NCBI GenBank assembly: GCA_030704615.1
Contig: CM060731.1
Location: forward strand, 35,216,001 to 35,280,000
Length of the DNA stretch: 64,000 nucleotides
Source of the DNA: Takakia lepidozioides
Lineage: Eukaryota; Plantae; Bryophyta
Direction of reading: 5' to 3'
The position numbers and the translations under genes were made by a program. The notes under the pieces were generated by a model. That model was not told the DNA's origin. It did no database searches and saw only the letters and a list, made by a program, of their open reading frames with translations. Below are positions 23,293-34,100 of this stretch, piece by piece. The stretch's first letter is position 1. The number at the start of each line of letters is the position of its first letter.

Positions 23293-25959
23293 GAAACAGC
23301 AGCACAAACAGTCCTTTCAAGGAAAGTGTGGAAAAGGTCAACACTTGTAAGATGGATAACGGAAGTGTAAAATTGTAAAACAATTTCTGTACAGCACTAA
23401 TCAGCAGCAGTCTAGGCACCATAATATTGACAAGTGCACCAGTCATTCAAATGGTTGAATGAGTGTACCCAGAAACACAGAGGGAGACCACAGAACACCA
23501 TTCTTTCTGACTGGGAAACATCCACTATCTGTATTCATACCTTCTATTTGACATGAGCTGGAGGTGCTGTCAAATTGATTTCTCTTAGACTCCAATCTAG
23601 CAGATTTGTATTGTGGGAATCAAGCTCCCAGTTCTGAGCAGCCTGAGCAACCAACTCCAGAAATGCACTGAATGTTGATGCGCATCTTCGTGTTGGTTTT
23701 AGGTGGAGACTTGCATTCACAGCAGAAGTGCTGCACCTTGCACTTCCGCAAGCATTTTCAAGGCCACCTCATTCGCACCTGTGTTAACTGTTAATAACTG
23801 AGACATGACCCGCATTCTCTCATGCCTTGGTGCTCCTGAAGTTGGTTCGGAGATGTAGGCTACGTCAAGCGCGATGACAGTCTTCGAGGGCCATGAGATG
23901 CATGCGCATAGTCCATCTTTGCAGCGAACTCCGGGTTTACCAGGAAAGGGGAACGGTGCCCCAGCATTCTAATTGGGATTATCACCCATCAGAAATTCGG
24001 AATCACCATAAGACATACACACTGAGACAGCGAGAGGCCTCCTCGAGGTATGGGTGCGGTAGGGAGGAGTCCCATTTAGCAAAGTTGAGGGCAGTGAATT
24101 TGAATAGTTCAGCAAGACAGAAGAGACACCTGGCTGGCAATCTACAGAAGTAAGACCTGGCTTCTGAGTTCCTCTAATGCGGGGCAGAGCAATGCTTCCA
24201 GGCTCCTGATTTCATCTGCATGTCCAGAGAGTTACACAGCAACAGATAAGCCTTACTTGCTGCAGCGAAACATTTTGGGTTATGTACTGGGTTCCACTGC
24301 AGGCTGCATAATTCTTGCAGATTTTGACTAATTTCATGTGTGCACCTAAAAGAATCTCTGACAGTTGCCAAATATGATGGTAACCATCCTAATCAGAAGA
24401 TGTGCAGAAGCTGATTGATCGGTGAGCACTAAAGATCCCACGTCTGCCCATGGTCGAAAGGCTTAAAAGGTTTGAATTAGCATATAAAATACTGTAGATT
24501 GGTCCTATGAAGGTCAATTGGGTTGGATAAAAGGTCACCTCTACAACCATCTAACCTTCCCGATCCAATTTTGAAACAAATGCATACAAACATTGATAGA
24601 TGTTAAGATCTGCATTTGACCCCCTTGCAAACATATACAAAGTGATCACACACAAATTAGAGGCTGGGATCAGGATTAGAATAACAGTCAATAACTACTT
24701 CCATTGAAACTGATCTATACCAGCAGTACACAACCAGTTAGTCCTAGGACTAGAAGTGGTAAAGGGCACAAAAGTAGGCTAAGACTTTAAGGGTTTAATG
24801 CACACATACCACATGTATAGGCAGCAACATATGCCAATCATGAGTACAGAAAGTTTGGAGAGAATCTGGAGCAAAAGGTATGCTCACAGCATATGTGGTA
24901 GTACTCTTACCTTCCAGGTCACAACCATATCCATGCAGCAATGTCTCTCCCACACAGGCATGCTGCTGAAGTCACCTGCATAGGTGCCCATGGGAAGGGA
25001 GCTCTCCGTCACAGTTTCCAAGGAGGGAGGCAGTAGTCAACCCCGTGAGAATGGAGCTGGTCTTATGAGAAGATACGTTAGATGTTTGAGAGGTTCTATC
25101 ACCCTGGTGTCTAATTCTACCTCCTACTGCTCATTGTGATGGCCCTGAGTTGCTGGAAGGTCATGGTATGATGTTATCTTTGCACTTGTCACTGTAAGAA
25201 AGATGGAAGTTATTAGTCAGTCAAAAACGTGCATGCATTGAGTCCTCTCTTTTTCAGCTTCCCCATAACATGGCTTAGTTTCTTTCTTACTGTCTGTCTG
25301 TCATTCTTTGTACTCTTTGCAACCAGGGGCCTTATTTGAAAGCATCAAATTGGCTGTCTCTGCACACGTCTTTTCACTCAGTACAATAACCTCTAGACAT
25401 AGCCAGAAGCTGTGGCCTCTTGGATCTGACAGATCTTTCTATAGAAAATCTGAAAGTTCATAATCAATTTCATTTTAGGAATGGTCCCACTACTGAAGTG
25501 AGCCTGCTGCAATGGTACTGCCAGTGCCCACCAAGGCAATTAGTTGAGGTTGTGGCTCTATTTCCATTCTGCAGATTAGCAATGTTCTAGTGCAAGTCCT
25601 CCAGCTCAAGCTTCAATTGTGCTCCATACAATTGCATTCATCCCTCTCTTCTCCATATCTGGTCAAATGCAACAAAGAAAAACTGCCTGATACTCCCCCG
25701 TTATTTGAGCTGACAAACCAGGAGGAGCAAGGGGATGGTGCATATCAGATTTTATTGTGACTTCCTGACTAAGAAACCCTTGTACAACAAATACACACTC
25801 CTAACCTTGGACCAAGAACAGAGAACTTTGAGACTAGCACGCCCCTCTTCAAGATGATCTAGGTAGAGCAAGACTGTCATACAAATTTTGAATGGTATTT
25901 ATGCTAGGTAAGGCTCCTGCCATTAAGTCAGGAAGAATGAGACTTGTCACATTCGAATC

Positions 25960-26870
25960 TGTGTGATAAGGAGGCTCTTGAGAACTTTGAGCAAATGCAA
26001 AGGGACGGAGTGAGTCCTGACACAGTCATTTACTTGTGTTATCAACGTATGTGCCAGCTTAGGAGCCCTGGACAAAGGGAAAATGGTCCATAATGACATC
26101 CGCAGAGGTAATAGTCTTGTTGACATGTATGCGAAGTACTACTTTGATTGCATGACTCAATATTATGGCCTCACTCCTACAGCCAAGCATTATGGCTGCA
26201 TGGTGGACCTTCTTGGCCGTGCAGGGCAGTTGGATGAGGCAGAGGACTTCATTAACACAACGGCAACCAACACCAGATATGGAGGTGTGGAGGGTCTTGC
26301 TTGGTGCCTGCGGAATACATGGTGATGTGGAGGTAGCAGAACGTGCAGCAAAGAGCATTCAGTAATCCACAGCACACTGGAGCTTACGTGCTACCATTGA
26401 ACATCTCTGCTGCTGCTGGCAGGTTGGAGGACAAAGCAAAGGTCAGAAAAATGATGGAGGATAGAGGTGCCAGAAAGGAGCAAGAGCGCAGCTGCATTGA
26501 GGTGGATAACTAGGTGCATATCTTCGTTGAAGACAAAGTGCACCCATAATTTAAGGAAATCCTTGCTGAACTGAGGAGACTGTCTTGGGAGATGAAGTGG
26601 GCAGGGTATGTCACTGACAAACAGCTTGTATTGCATAATGTGGAGGAGGAGCAAATGTAATTTTTTCTTTGCCACCCCAGCAAGAAGCTGGCCGTTTCTT
26701 TTGGGCTCATCAGCACTCCTGCTGGGACGGCCATTCGTGTCATGAAGAACCTTCGGATGTGTGGAGATGGTTATGCCGCCAACAAGTTTATTTCAAAGGT
26801 TGTTGTATGTGATGCCGACCGCTTTCGTCACTTCCAAAATGGGTTGTGTTCTTGCAGGGATTATTGGTGA
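25960..26870 (+). pseudogene. PLS-E-DYW PPR pseudogene with internal deletion, frameshifts and stops
   Basis: [43 protein letters not shown], ends ..CSCRDYW* at 26870; colinear with 22530-23292. Confidence 0.9.
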
Positions 26871-27559
26871 AACAAGTGACTTGCGTGAAAGAATAAACTG
26901 GGCGCGGGGTCCATGGCCCTCAACTGCCCACACTGGAAATTGCGTCGACCAACATGGAACCTGCATACCCCCGACTGAGACAGTTTAGAGAACACGCTCT
27001 CTTCGTTTTCCCTCCAGGCTGGGGTGTTGTCATAGCCATCGCTTGCAAGGATGCCATCCCCATTGCAGCTCCACAGGCTGGTCCATTGATTTGCTGCATC
27101 ATGTGAGGCCTCCTTCCCCTCCACAGCAAGCACAAGACATGACCTCGCCTGTGGGGCCTCCTTGCTTAGCAAATTCCAGGACCCTCATGAGTTGCTTGTC
27201 AGTATTCTCAACCATTTTCCAATGAGGCTCAGAACACTCCTCCGCACATAAGAAGGCCCTAACTTGTGAAGGAGACGGATCCGGACAAAGGACCGTTCCA
27301 AAACCTGCCTAACTCCCCCATCCCTCCAAAACTCTGGAGCAATCCAGCGTTGCGTGAATGGCTCCTTTTCCATTTCTGTGCTACCGAGTGAAGGTGTTTA
27401 ATAAGTGCTAATTTTCTTGAAATGCATATATATGTCAATGTATAACTAGACCACTTGGTCTAATGGTCACGACGTCATGACATATATTAACCAACCTAAT
27501 TCAACATACTATTTATTTACAAAGAGCTTGGTCTCCCTACACCTCCTCACCGACCAATT

Positions 27560-28160
27560 ATGCAAGCCATCATCACATATCCACCATCCTGATATTACAC
27601 TTATAAAAAGGAATCCTCGATGTTGTATCCTCTTTACCACTGCAAATCCATATCTGGCAAGGCTATGCCAAGATATTTTGCTAGTCCAAGGACTTCATGT
27701 ACTAGCATTGCCGCCGACGGAACCGCTTCCATCTCTCAAAATACATCTTTTGGAATTCACATTCTGCCATGATCAAAATCCAAATTAATCAATTATGTCT
27801 AAACACGAAAAATATGACCCAATCACACATGCCCTCCATCAACAAGGCTAGAACACATCACCTCTGACCGTCATCACTGCGGGTGTCAGGGCGGTGCTCA
27901 TACCCATTATATCCAAAGTTTGCAAGATAATCTCAACCTACCACCAAAATACACTACACCTCTATTACAAACCTTACACTTCACAGCTATTACATCGCTC
28001 ACATCCCTAATCCTCAATAAACGTAAGATTGAAAGTGGCCAACTAGCCATTGTGTAACAGGTTACGGTGCAGATAGAGCCCACCCCTAAAATGGGGCAGT
28101 ACCCGCAAAGGGAAGAGGCTCTTATTTACGTTGGCTTGGTTGGCGTCATAAATATATATA
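27560..28160 (+). mobile_element. 3' end of an RLE-type LINE including 3' UTR and TA tail
   Basis: RLCQDILLVQGL..IHLLEFTFCHD and LQTLHFTAITSLTSLILNKRKIE are homologous to 3250-3625; the tail matches 6055-6145. Confidence 0.7.
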
Positions 28161-28244
28161 TTAAACATGTAGCAGAGTGGCGGGCCGAGTGTAGATAATC
28201 CCCCACACGAGAAGGTGCGTGAAGAGCGCAATAATATAATATTT

Positions 28245-28306
28245 GATGTCTTCCAAAGGAAGCGTAAATTATGGTGTCTTTTCACCCCGAAGGATTACTG
28301 CCTTCC
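28245..28306 (-). mobile_element. SINE 3' core (copy C, tail only)
   Basis: Plus strand ggaagcgtaaattatggtgtcttttcacc..ttactgccttcc matches 1697-1750 and 32565-32612. Confidence 0.6.
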
Positions 28307-28920
28307 GTCATGAGCTGAACACGTAATATAGTGGCTGGGCCTGGAAGTCTAAGAGCTATCCCACGGTTATTAACAGCGTGAAAAACACCGTAGCCAGCGT
28401 TATAGCCGGGTTGGGAACTATATGTATAGTAGGATTGTGAGTGAGAGATTTTGAGCGGCAGACGTAGATATGAGACCGGTGCGTCAATAGGGGGTGGGAG
28501 AGGGGGAGGAAGAGGGCGCGGTAGCGCCCTTATCCATGCCTTGCTTGGATTGACTCTGGGAAACATGGTGGGTAAGGAGAAAGATGTAGAGGGAAGAGAA
28601 TGTGTGTTGAGGGTAATTGAGACTTTCATCCCCCATGTGCGTACAAGTAAGTGGTGTACGGTAGAGGGGAGGATAATGGGTGTGGAGGTGGGATGGATGT
28701 GTTGGACAAGTAGCAGTGATGTAATGGTGGGTTCTAAGCGTCGGAGGTATTTCGGGGAGGGGAGGTTGTGTTCGTATAGTAGCTGGTTTGGTTCAAAGGT
28801 GGGTAGAAGGGTGACGCCATGGGAGAGTTGTAGAAGGGGGTGAGGGTTGTTTGGTGGCCTTTGCTGTGTAAGTAGGAGAATAGTACAGGCAGAGGGGGAG
28901 GAGTGGGCAGCAGTACGAAC
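28307..28920 (-). mobile_element. LINE fragment containing the RNase H N-terminus
   Basis: YYTYSSQPGYNAGYGVF..ALRLPGPATILRVQL resembles RNase H YTDGS..AGxG..TxxRAEL. Confidence 0.55.
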
Positions 28921-29565
28921 CCCGACCACATCACGTTTGTTCACGTTTGTAATGTCTGTGCAAGCCTGGCTGGAAAAGGGCAAAGATGTCCATGGCGACA
29001 TCATCAAAGCTGGAATTGTACACTGCCTTGGTGGACATGTATGCCAAATGTGGGTGCATTGAGAATGCGAAGGGAGTGTTCGTTTGGCTGCCTAGTGGAC
29101 CTTGTGTATGGGGCCTTGCTTGGGCCTGCAGAATACATGACAACGTAAAACTAGCAAAACATGCAATAAAATGGCTTCTCAAGTGGGCATGCTACTACTT
29201 ATGTGCTGCTATCAAACATCTATGTGGCGGGTAGCAGATGGAGGATGTTGCAAGGGTTAGGAACATGATGAAGAAGAGAAGGATCAGAAAGGAGTCAGGT
29301 GACTCTTGCATTGAGGTTGACAATCAAGTCTATACGTTTGTCGTAGATGGCAGATCACATCCACACAGAGAGGAAATTCATGCTGTGCTGGAGAGTTTGT
29401 ATGGTATTTGAAGGAGGCCAAGTACGTGCCTGACACTCACTTTGTATTGCATGATGTGGAGGAGAAGCAAAAAAATTTTCTCTTTGCAACCACAGTGAGA
29501 AGCTGACAATTGGTTTTGGTCTCATCAACACATCCCCTGGGACTCCTATCTAAATTATCAAGAGC
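28921..29565 (+). pseudogene. Third PLS-E-DYW PPR copy, heavily deleted
   Basis: PDHITFV, TALVDMYAKCG, VWGLAWACRIH, YVLLSNIY, HPHREEIHA, LHDVEE, HSEKLTIGFGLINTSPGTPI. Confidence 0.85.
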
Positions 29566-29984
29566 GTTGCTTCAAATGTTAGGGTAGAAAGATTATGAAT
29601 TATCCACAGTTTGTTAAGAATAATAAAGCTGAAAGAAAAAACTTGTAGCATCATACGCGACTGTCAATATTGTGCTTTCTGTGAGCTGCATGGAATAAGA
29701 GCCCTAAAGTGCAGTAACAAAAGTTGGTAGGTTTATTCCAACCAGTGGATCCCCTGTAAATGGGAAGCCTTGGTAGTTGACTAAGATTTTGTTTGCAGAA
29801 GAGTGTCTAGTATGTGGGTTAGCATTTACATCTAACTTTTGCTCTCGCCATGAGCTGGAGAAGCTTCACATCTATCCAATCTATCAATATGAAGGGCCAG
29901 ACAGTTGAGCTATCTTCTTGCAAGTAAAATAATGAAGTTTTTCAGTTGTGCGTTCTTGATTCGAACTTGCTCAGAATGGGCACT

Positions 29985-30170
29985 TCTGATACCAAATGCT
30001 ATAGGTGAGTTTTGAAAGCAGTGGTTGGATCCCAAAACTCTGAATCACTCATTTTCTCCTCACATTTGCTGCATGTTCCCTTTGTTATCTAAGAAAAAAC
30101 TGGCATAAATACCCTGTGCCATAGCTATAAGTTTGGTGTTTATGTTCTAGTTCCCAACCAGTGAAGGGGA
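29985..30170 (-). mobile_element. Possible LTR-retrotransposon PBS and adjacent LTR remnant
   Basis: Minus strand ..CTATAGCA-TT-TGGTATCAGA, resembling an LTR end followed by a tRNA-iMet PBS; extent uncertain. Confidence 0.35.
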
Positions 30171-30184
30171 AATGCCTCCCCGTG

Positions 30185-31912
30185 AGCCTGGCCGCGTGAG
30201 CGTGTGAGCACGTGAGCGCAGTCAGGCTCACGCCACGTCAGCAGTTCTCGCCACGTTGGTTCACGGGTGTTACGGCACGTCAGCAGTCCTCGCCAGTGTA
30301 GTTGACGCCACGTCACATCATGCCACGTCATTTCCATAAGCACGGACCTATAACCGCAGACAGAACAGGCGGAAGGGGGGAATGCTAGATCGTGAGCCTA
30401 GGTGCCTATTTCCACGGAATGATTTATCTTTTCCAGTCATTGCAGACTGCATCTTTAACATCCATCCCACCGCCGCCCCTCGTGTCATAAACTGCGATTT
30501 GATAAGTGTGCGATTGCCAAAGTGAGACATTTATCCCTCCCATAAAAAATAGAATGAGCGTACTAGTTTCAATATGCTTTTGTATCAGACGATAACAAGG
30601 TGTGGTAGCAGTTCCCAGTGTAGATCCCCAACCATCAAAAGTTAGCTGGAGTGGAATTGAGGCTTTCTTACGTAAAAATCACCCAGATGGAATAGACTGG
30701 TTTAGATATGGTCTACATACTAAGCTCTTGCATGTTTGGAAATCAAATATCAAGTATCAAACAGAAGTGATGATCGTCGACGATCATCACCTCTACCCAA
30801 ATGCCAAAACAGATCAGAAGTGATGATCGGCACCGATCATAACTTCTGTTTATTTATTTATATATTTTAACAATATGCAACAAAAATAAAAACAATAAAA
30901 GAAAACAAAAACAAAGCAGAGTAGAAGTGATGATCGGCACGGACAATCACTTCTGCTCTGCTCTGTATTTGCATCAGTGAAGCAATGCAGTGCGGATGTC
31001 CAGAACGGAGCTGCGGCACAAGGAAGCGTGTCTCAACTTGTTACAGCAAAGCAGAAGTGATTGTCGGCACCGTCAATCACTTCTACTCTGTGTTTTTTTT
31101 TTTTATAAAAAATACGGAGAAGGACGAAAAAAAAAAAAAAACAAAGCAAAGCAGAAGTGATTGTCGGTTCCGATCATCGTAAGTGATTGTCGGCACTGAC
31201 AATCACTTCATTCTGTTTTTTTTTTTTCCTTGGGAACAATACACAGAAGAAAGAAAAAAAAAACAAAAAAAAACAGAGCAGAGCAGAAGTAATTGTCGGC
31301 ACCGATCATCAGATCGGTACCAACAATCAAATTTTTTATTTTATTTTTCCCCTTTTTTTTTCAAAAAAAAGAAAAAAAAAGAGCAAAGTGATGATCGGTG
31401 CCGACAATCACTTCTGCATTGTTTTTTTTTGTTTTTTTTTCCGTATTGTTCCTTAAAAAAAAATTGCTCTGGTTTCTTTTGTGTCGCTATGTACTGTAGG
31501 CTTCTTTCTGATATCGTGATCCCTTTCTCTTGTGTATTTTGGGAGGAAACAGGGTCTTCTTTGGTTAGTTGTCAATGGAGCCTTATAAGGTTATTTTGTC
31601 CTCATTGTAATTGTTATTGTAAAACTTACAATTGTAATTGCAGAATGTTGTGGAATCGATGCCACAATTTTAGGCGTATTTCCCATTTCGGGTATTTTGA
31701 TGGTATTCTTGATGGTATTTTGGTTTCATGTTCCCTAAATTCATCCCACGGTCATAGGACCCTCGGGTATAGGCGTCGTATGTTTCGGTTGACGTGGCGG
31801 ATGCTGACATGGCACCACGTCAACATTCGATACCATGGCAACCTGGTGGCATCACGCTCACGCCACGTCACCAGTGTGTGAGCGTACGCTCACACGCTCA
31901 CGCGGTTGCCTC
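30185..31912. mobile_element. Non-autonomous inverted-repeat element with an internal hairpin array
   Basis: ccgcgtgagcgtgtgagc (30192-30209) is inverted at gctcacacgctcacgcgg (31888-31905); CACGTC-rich subtermini; about 8 AGAAGTGAT..ATCACTTCT hairpins at 30760-31420; no TSD identified. Confidence 0.6.
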
Positions 31913-32527
31913 GTTGCCATTGAAGCCCAAGGCTACAAGCCCAAGTAGACAAAATCAGGCCCCATAGGCTATTTTCTGGGACAATTTAGTTCGAGCGCTC
32001 TTATGAAATTTGGTAATTCCATAAGCATAATAACAATCAAGAAATAGTACCCAGACTTTGTCATTGAGGACAATGACCAATCTTGAAGGGGTAGAGAATG
32101 TAACAGACTAGGTTAGTATGCCTAGATTAGTGGCTAAGCAAGGTTGAAGACAAAAAGCCATAACAGAAGCTGAAGAGACTTATGGCTTAGCAAGAGAAAG
32201 TAACAGGACTTTAGAATGGCAAAGGCCAAGTATTAGGCCTTTGGAGAGCAATGGAATATCAAAGGGTATCTTAGAGCAAGGGGGGGAGTTCTTGGGGTGT
32301 ATTTAGGAGGACCTGGTGTGACACTCTAGAGGAGGACACGGGCCTGCAGGGCTGAGAACAAAGTAGTCAGTTAGTCTTGGTAAACATTAATCCCTAGCAA
32401 GTGGCAAGTAGAGAACTCTAGGTTGGGTGGTGAACTTGCTTATACAGTGTACCCGCCCAACACTGACTGGATCATAGGAACTAACTGTCTAAGCGTGTGG
32501 ATCGCAAAAATCTTGGATTGTGCATTA

Positions 32528-32705
32528 AATATATATATATATATATATATAGACTCCTCTTGAAGGGAGCGTAAATTATGGTGTCTCTTCACCACAAGGG
32601 CTATTGCCTTCCAGCTGAAAGGTGGACGCCTTCATGACACACCAGACCGTGGTTTGAACCCACAACCACATACAACGTGGTATGTGCCAAACCACTGGCT
32701 ACGTG
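32528..32705 (-). mobile_element. tRNA-derived SINE, copy B, with (TA)n tail
   Basis: A box GTAGCCAGTGGTT (32702-32690), B box GGTTCAAACC (32660-32651), shared 3' core, then (TA)n at 32551-32528. Confidence 0.7.
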
Positions 32706-33759
32706 TTGGTTGCCGGATTGTGCATACAGAAGGGACAATATTAGAATCTCCATGTTTTGGCCTATACCCAAACCCCCAAGAAACACACATAAACTAGGGC
32801 TTCACGTTTGCTCCGCACTACTAGCGACGAATTCTGATAACTACGTTCAATTGGCACAAAAAGAGGTGGGGATGCTACAATGTTTCTTTTGATTGGAAAT
32901 CTATATTATGCACAAAACATGAGGAACAATGCAAAAGTATAAGATAGGCATACCCCTATTTACGCCCAAGAACTGAGGGGGAGTTGAACCCTATTTTCTG
33001 CCCGGTATGCATCCCCACGGCAGGGGATGAATTGGGGTCTATTCAAGTCTTATGAAAAGATGGACTGCATTGTGTTATGATACATGATGCAATTTTGGAT
33101 TGTGAATGTTCAAGTTTTATTAAAAAGTATATTACTTTTTTTTCCCTTCAATAATCCCAATAAAGCTATCAAGGGCTTCCTCCCCTTTTCCTTTTTTAAA
33201 AACAAAGTTGCATAAAAAATTGCATTTGGTTTGCACGGCTTACTACAAGATATCTGGAAAGCTCAAACTAATTGTACTTATCAAGGTAAGTCGTGCCATG
33301 CACAACTAGCAGGGTAGAACAACATCCTGGAAATCCTGGAAATGTACCCATTCAGAATCCCACGGAGGATGAGATCGAGCTTCCACCTCTCGTCTCTTCC
33401 ATGGTCATCGTAGGCCTGCCACCTTGACAGCAGAGCAAGTTTGTAGTTGACGCAGAGGAATGCCTGCAGATCAGCTCGTTAGAATCCTATTATCGTCTGT
33501 CCATCTCGTCGGCCAGCTTTGTGTACAGCGGAGCCGTCAGTTCTGATCGTTTTGAATCCGTATCTATGGTATTCGCCCTCTTGTGGATTCTGGATGATCT
33601 GTTTGATTCTCCAAACGCCTTGCTCCTCGAGGAGTATGGCATTGATCGCAGCACCCCTGAGAGCCCTTACAAAATCGGAGAGTTCCAACTTGAACCTTCT
33701 CTTCGGGCAACAAGAGCCTCCGTGCGATCCCATCCGGATCGAGGGGTTGATGTGGGAAT

Positions 33760-34100
33760 TGTTACAGATATATTGAAACAGTAGAATAATTACATGAGGG
33801 TTTGTTCACAAGATGTTAAAATACAACACATAGTTCTACGTGGCACTAGTATGCTTATGACTTTTGAATTTCTGTTTTCCCCCGTTTTTTTCCCCCGTTT
33901 TTTTCCCCGATCATGACCTACAATTGCCTATGGTGGCGTGCATGTATCTTGACGGGGTTTTCCACGATGGGTAGATATACCAGTGCATTGCAAAGACTGT
34001 GGTTCTCTAAGTAGTAAAAGCTTCGTTTGCTTCCATAACATTTGCTTTGTCTTGATAATTATGCATTGACTACTTTATGCTAGATAGTGAGATTCCATTA
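33760..34100 (+). repeat. Copia 5' LTR (TG...TA)
   Basis: Direct repeat of 38388-38673 with two extra segments (~30 bp and a CCCCGTTTTTTT expansion). Confidence 0.95.

Noticed and set aside
23300-25900. Additional gene downstream of the PPR-DYW ORF
   Set aside because: Only short ORFs without identifiable motifs or a consistent exon chain
30760-31420. CRISPR-like repeat/spacer array
   Set aside because: Spacers are homopolymer runs of irregular length, repeats are degenerate, there are no cas genes and the context is eukaryotic
31183-31881. 232 aa ORF
   Set aside because: It reads through poly-A/poly-T and hairpin repeats and has low-complexity K/F/C composition
11251-32465. One giant hAT element enclosing the PPR cluster
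   Set aside because: The flanks GTACAAAG and ACTGGATC do not form an 8 bp TSD and no hAT transposase was recognised
32640-32705. tRNA gene (also 1955-2015)
   Set aside because: A and B boxes are present but there is no full cloverleaf; each is followed by a shared tail, so interpreted as SINE heads
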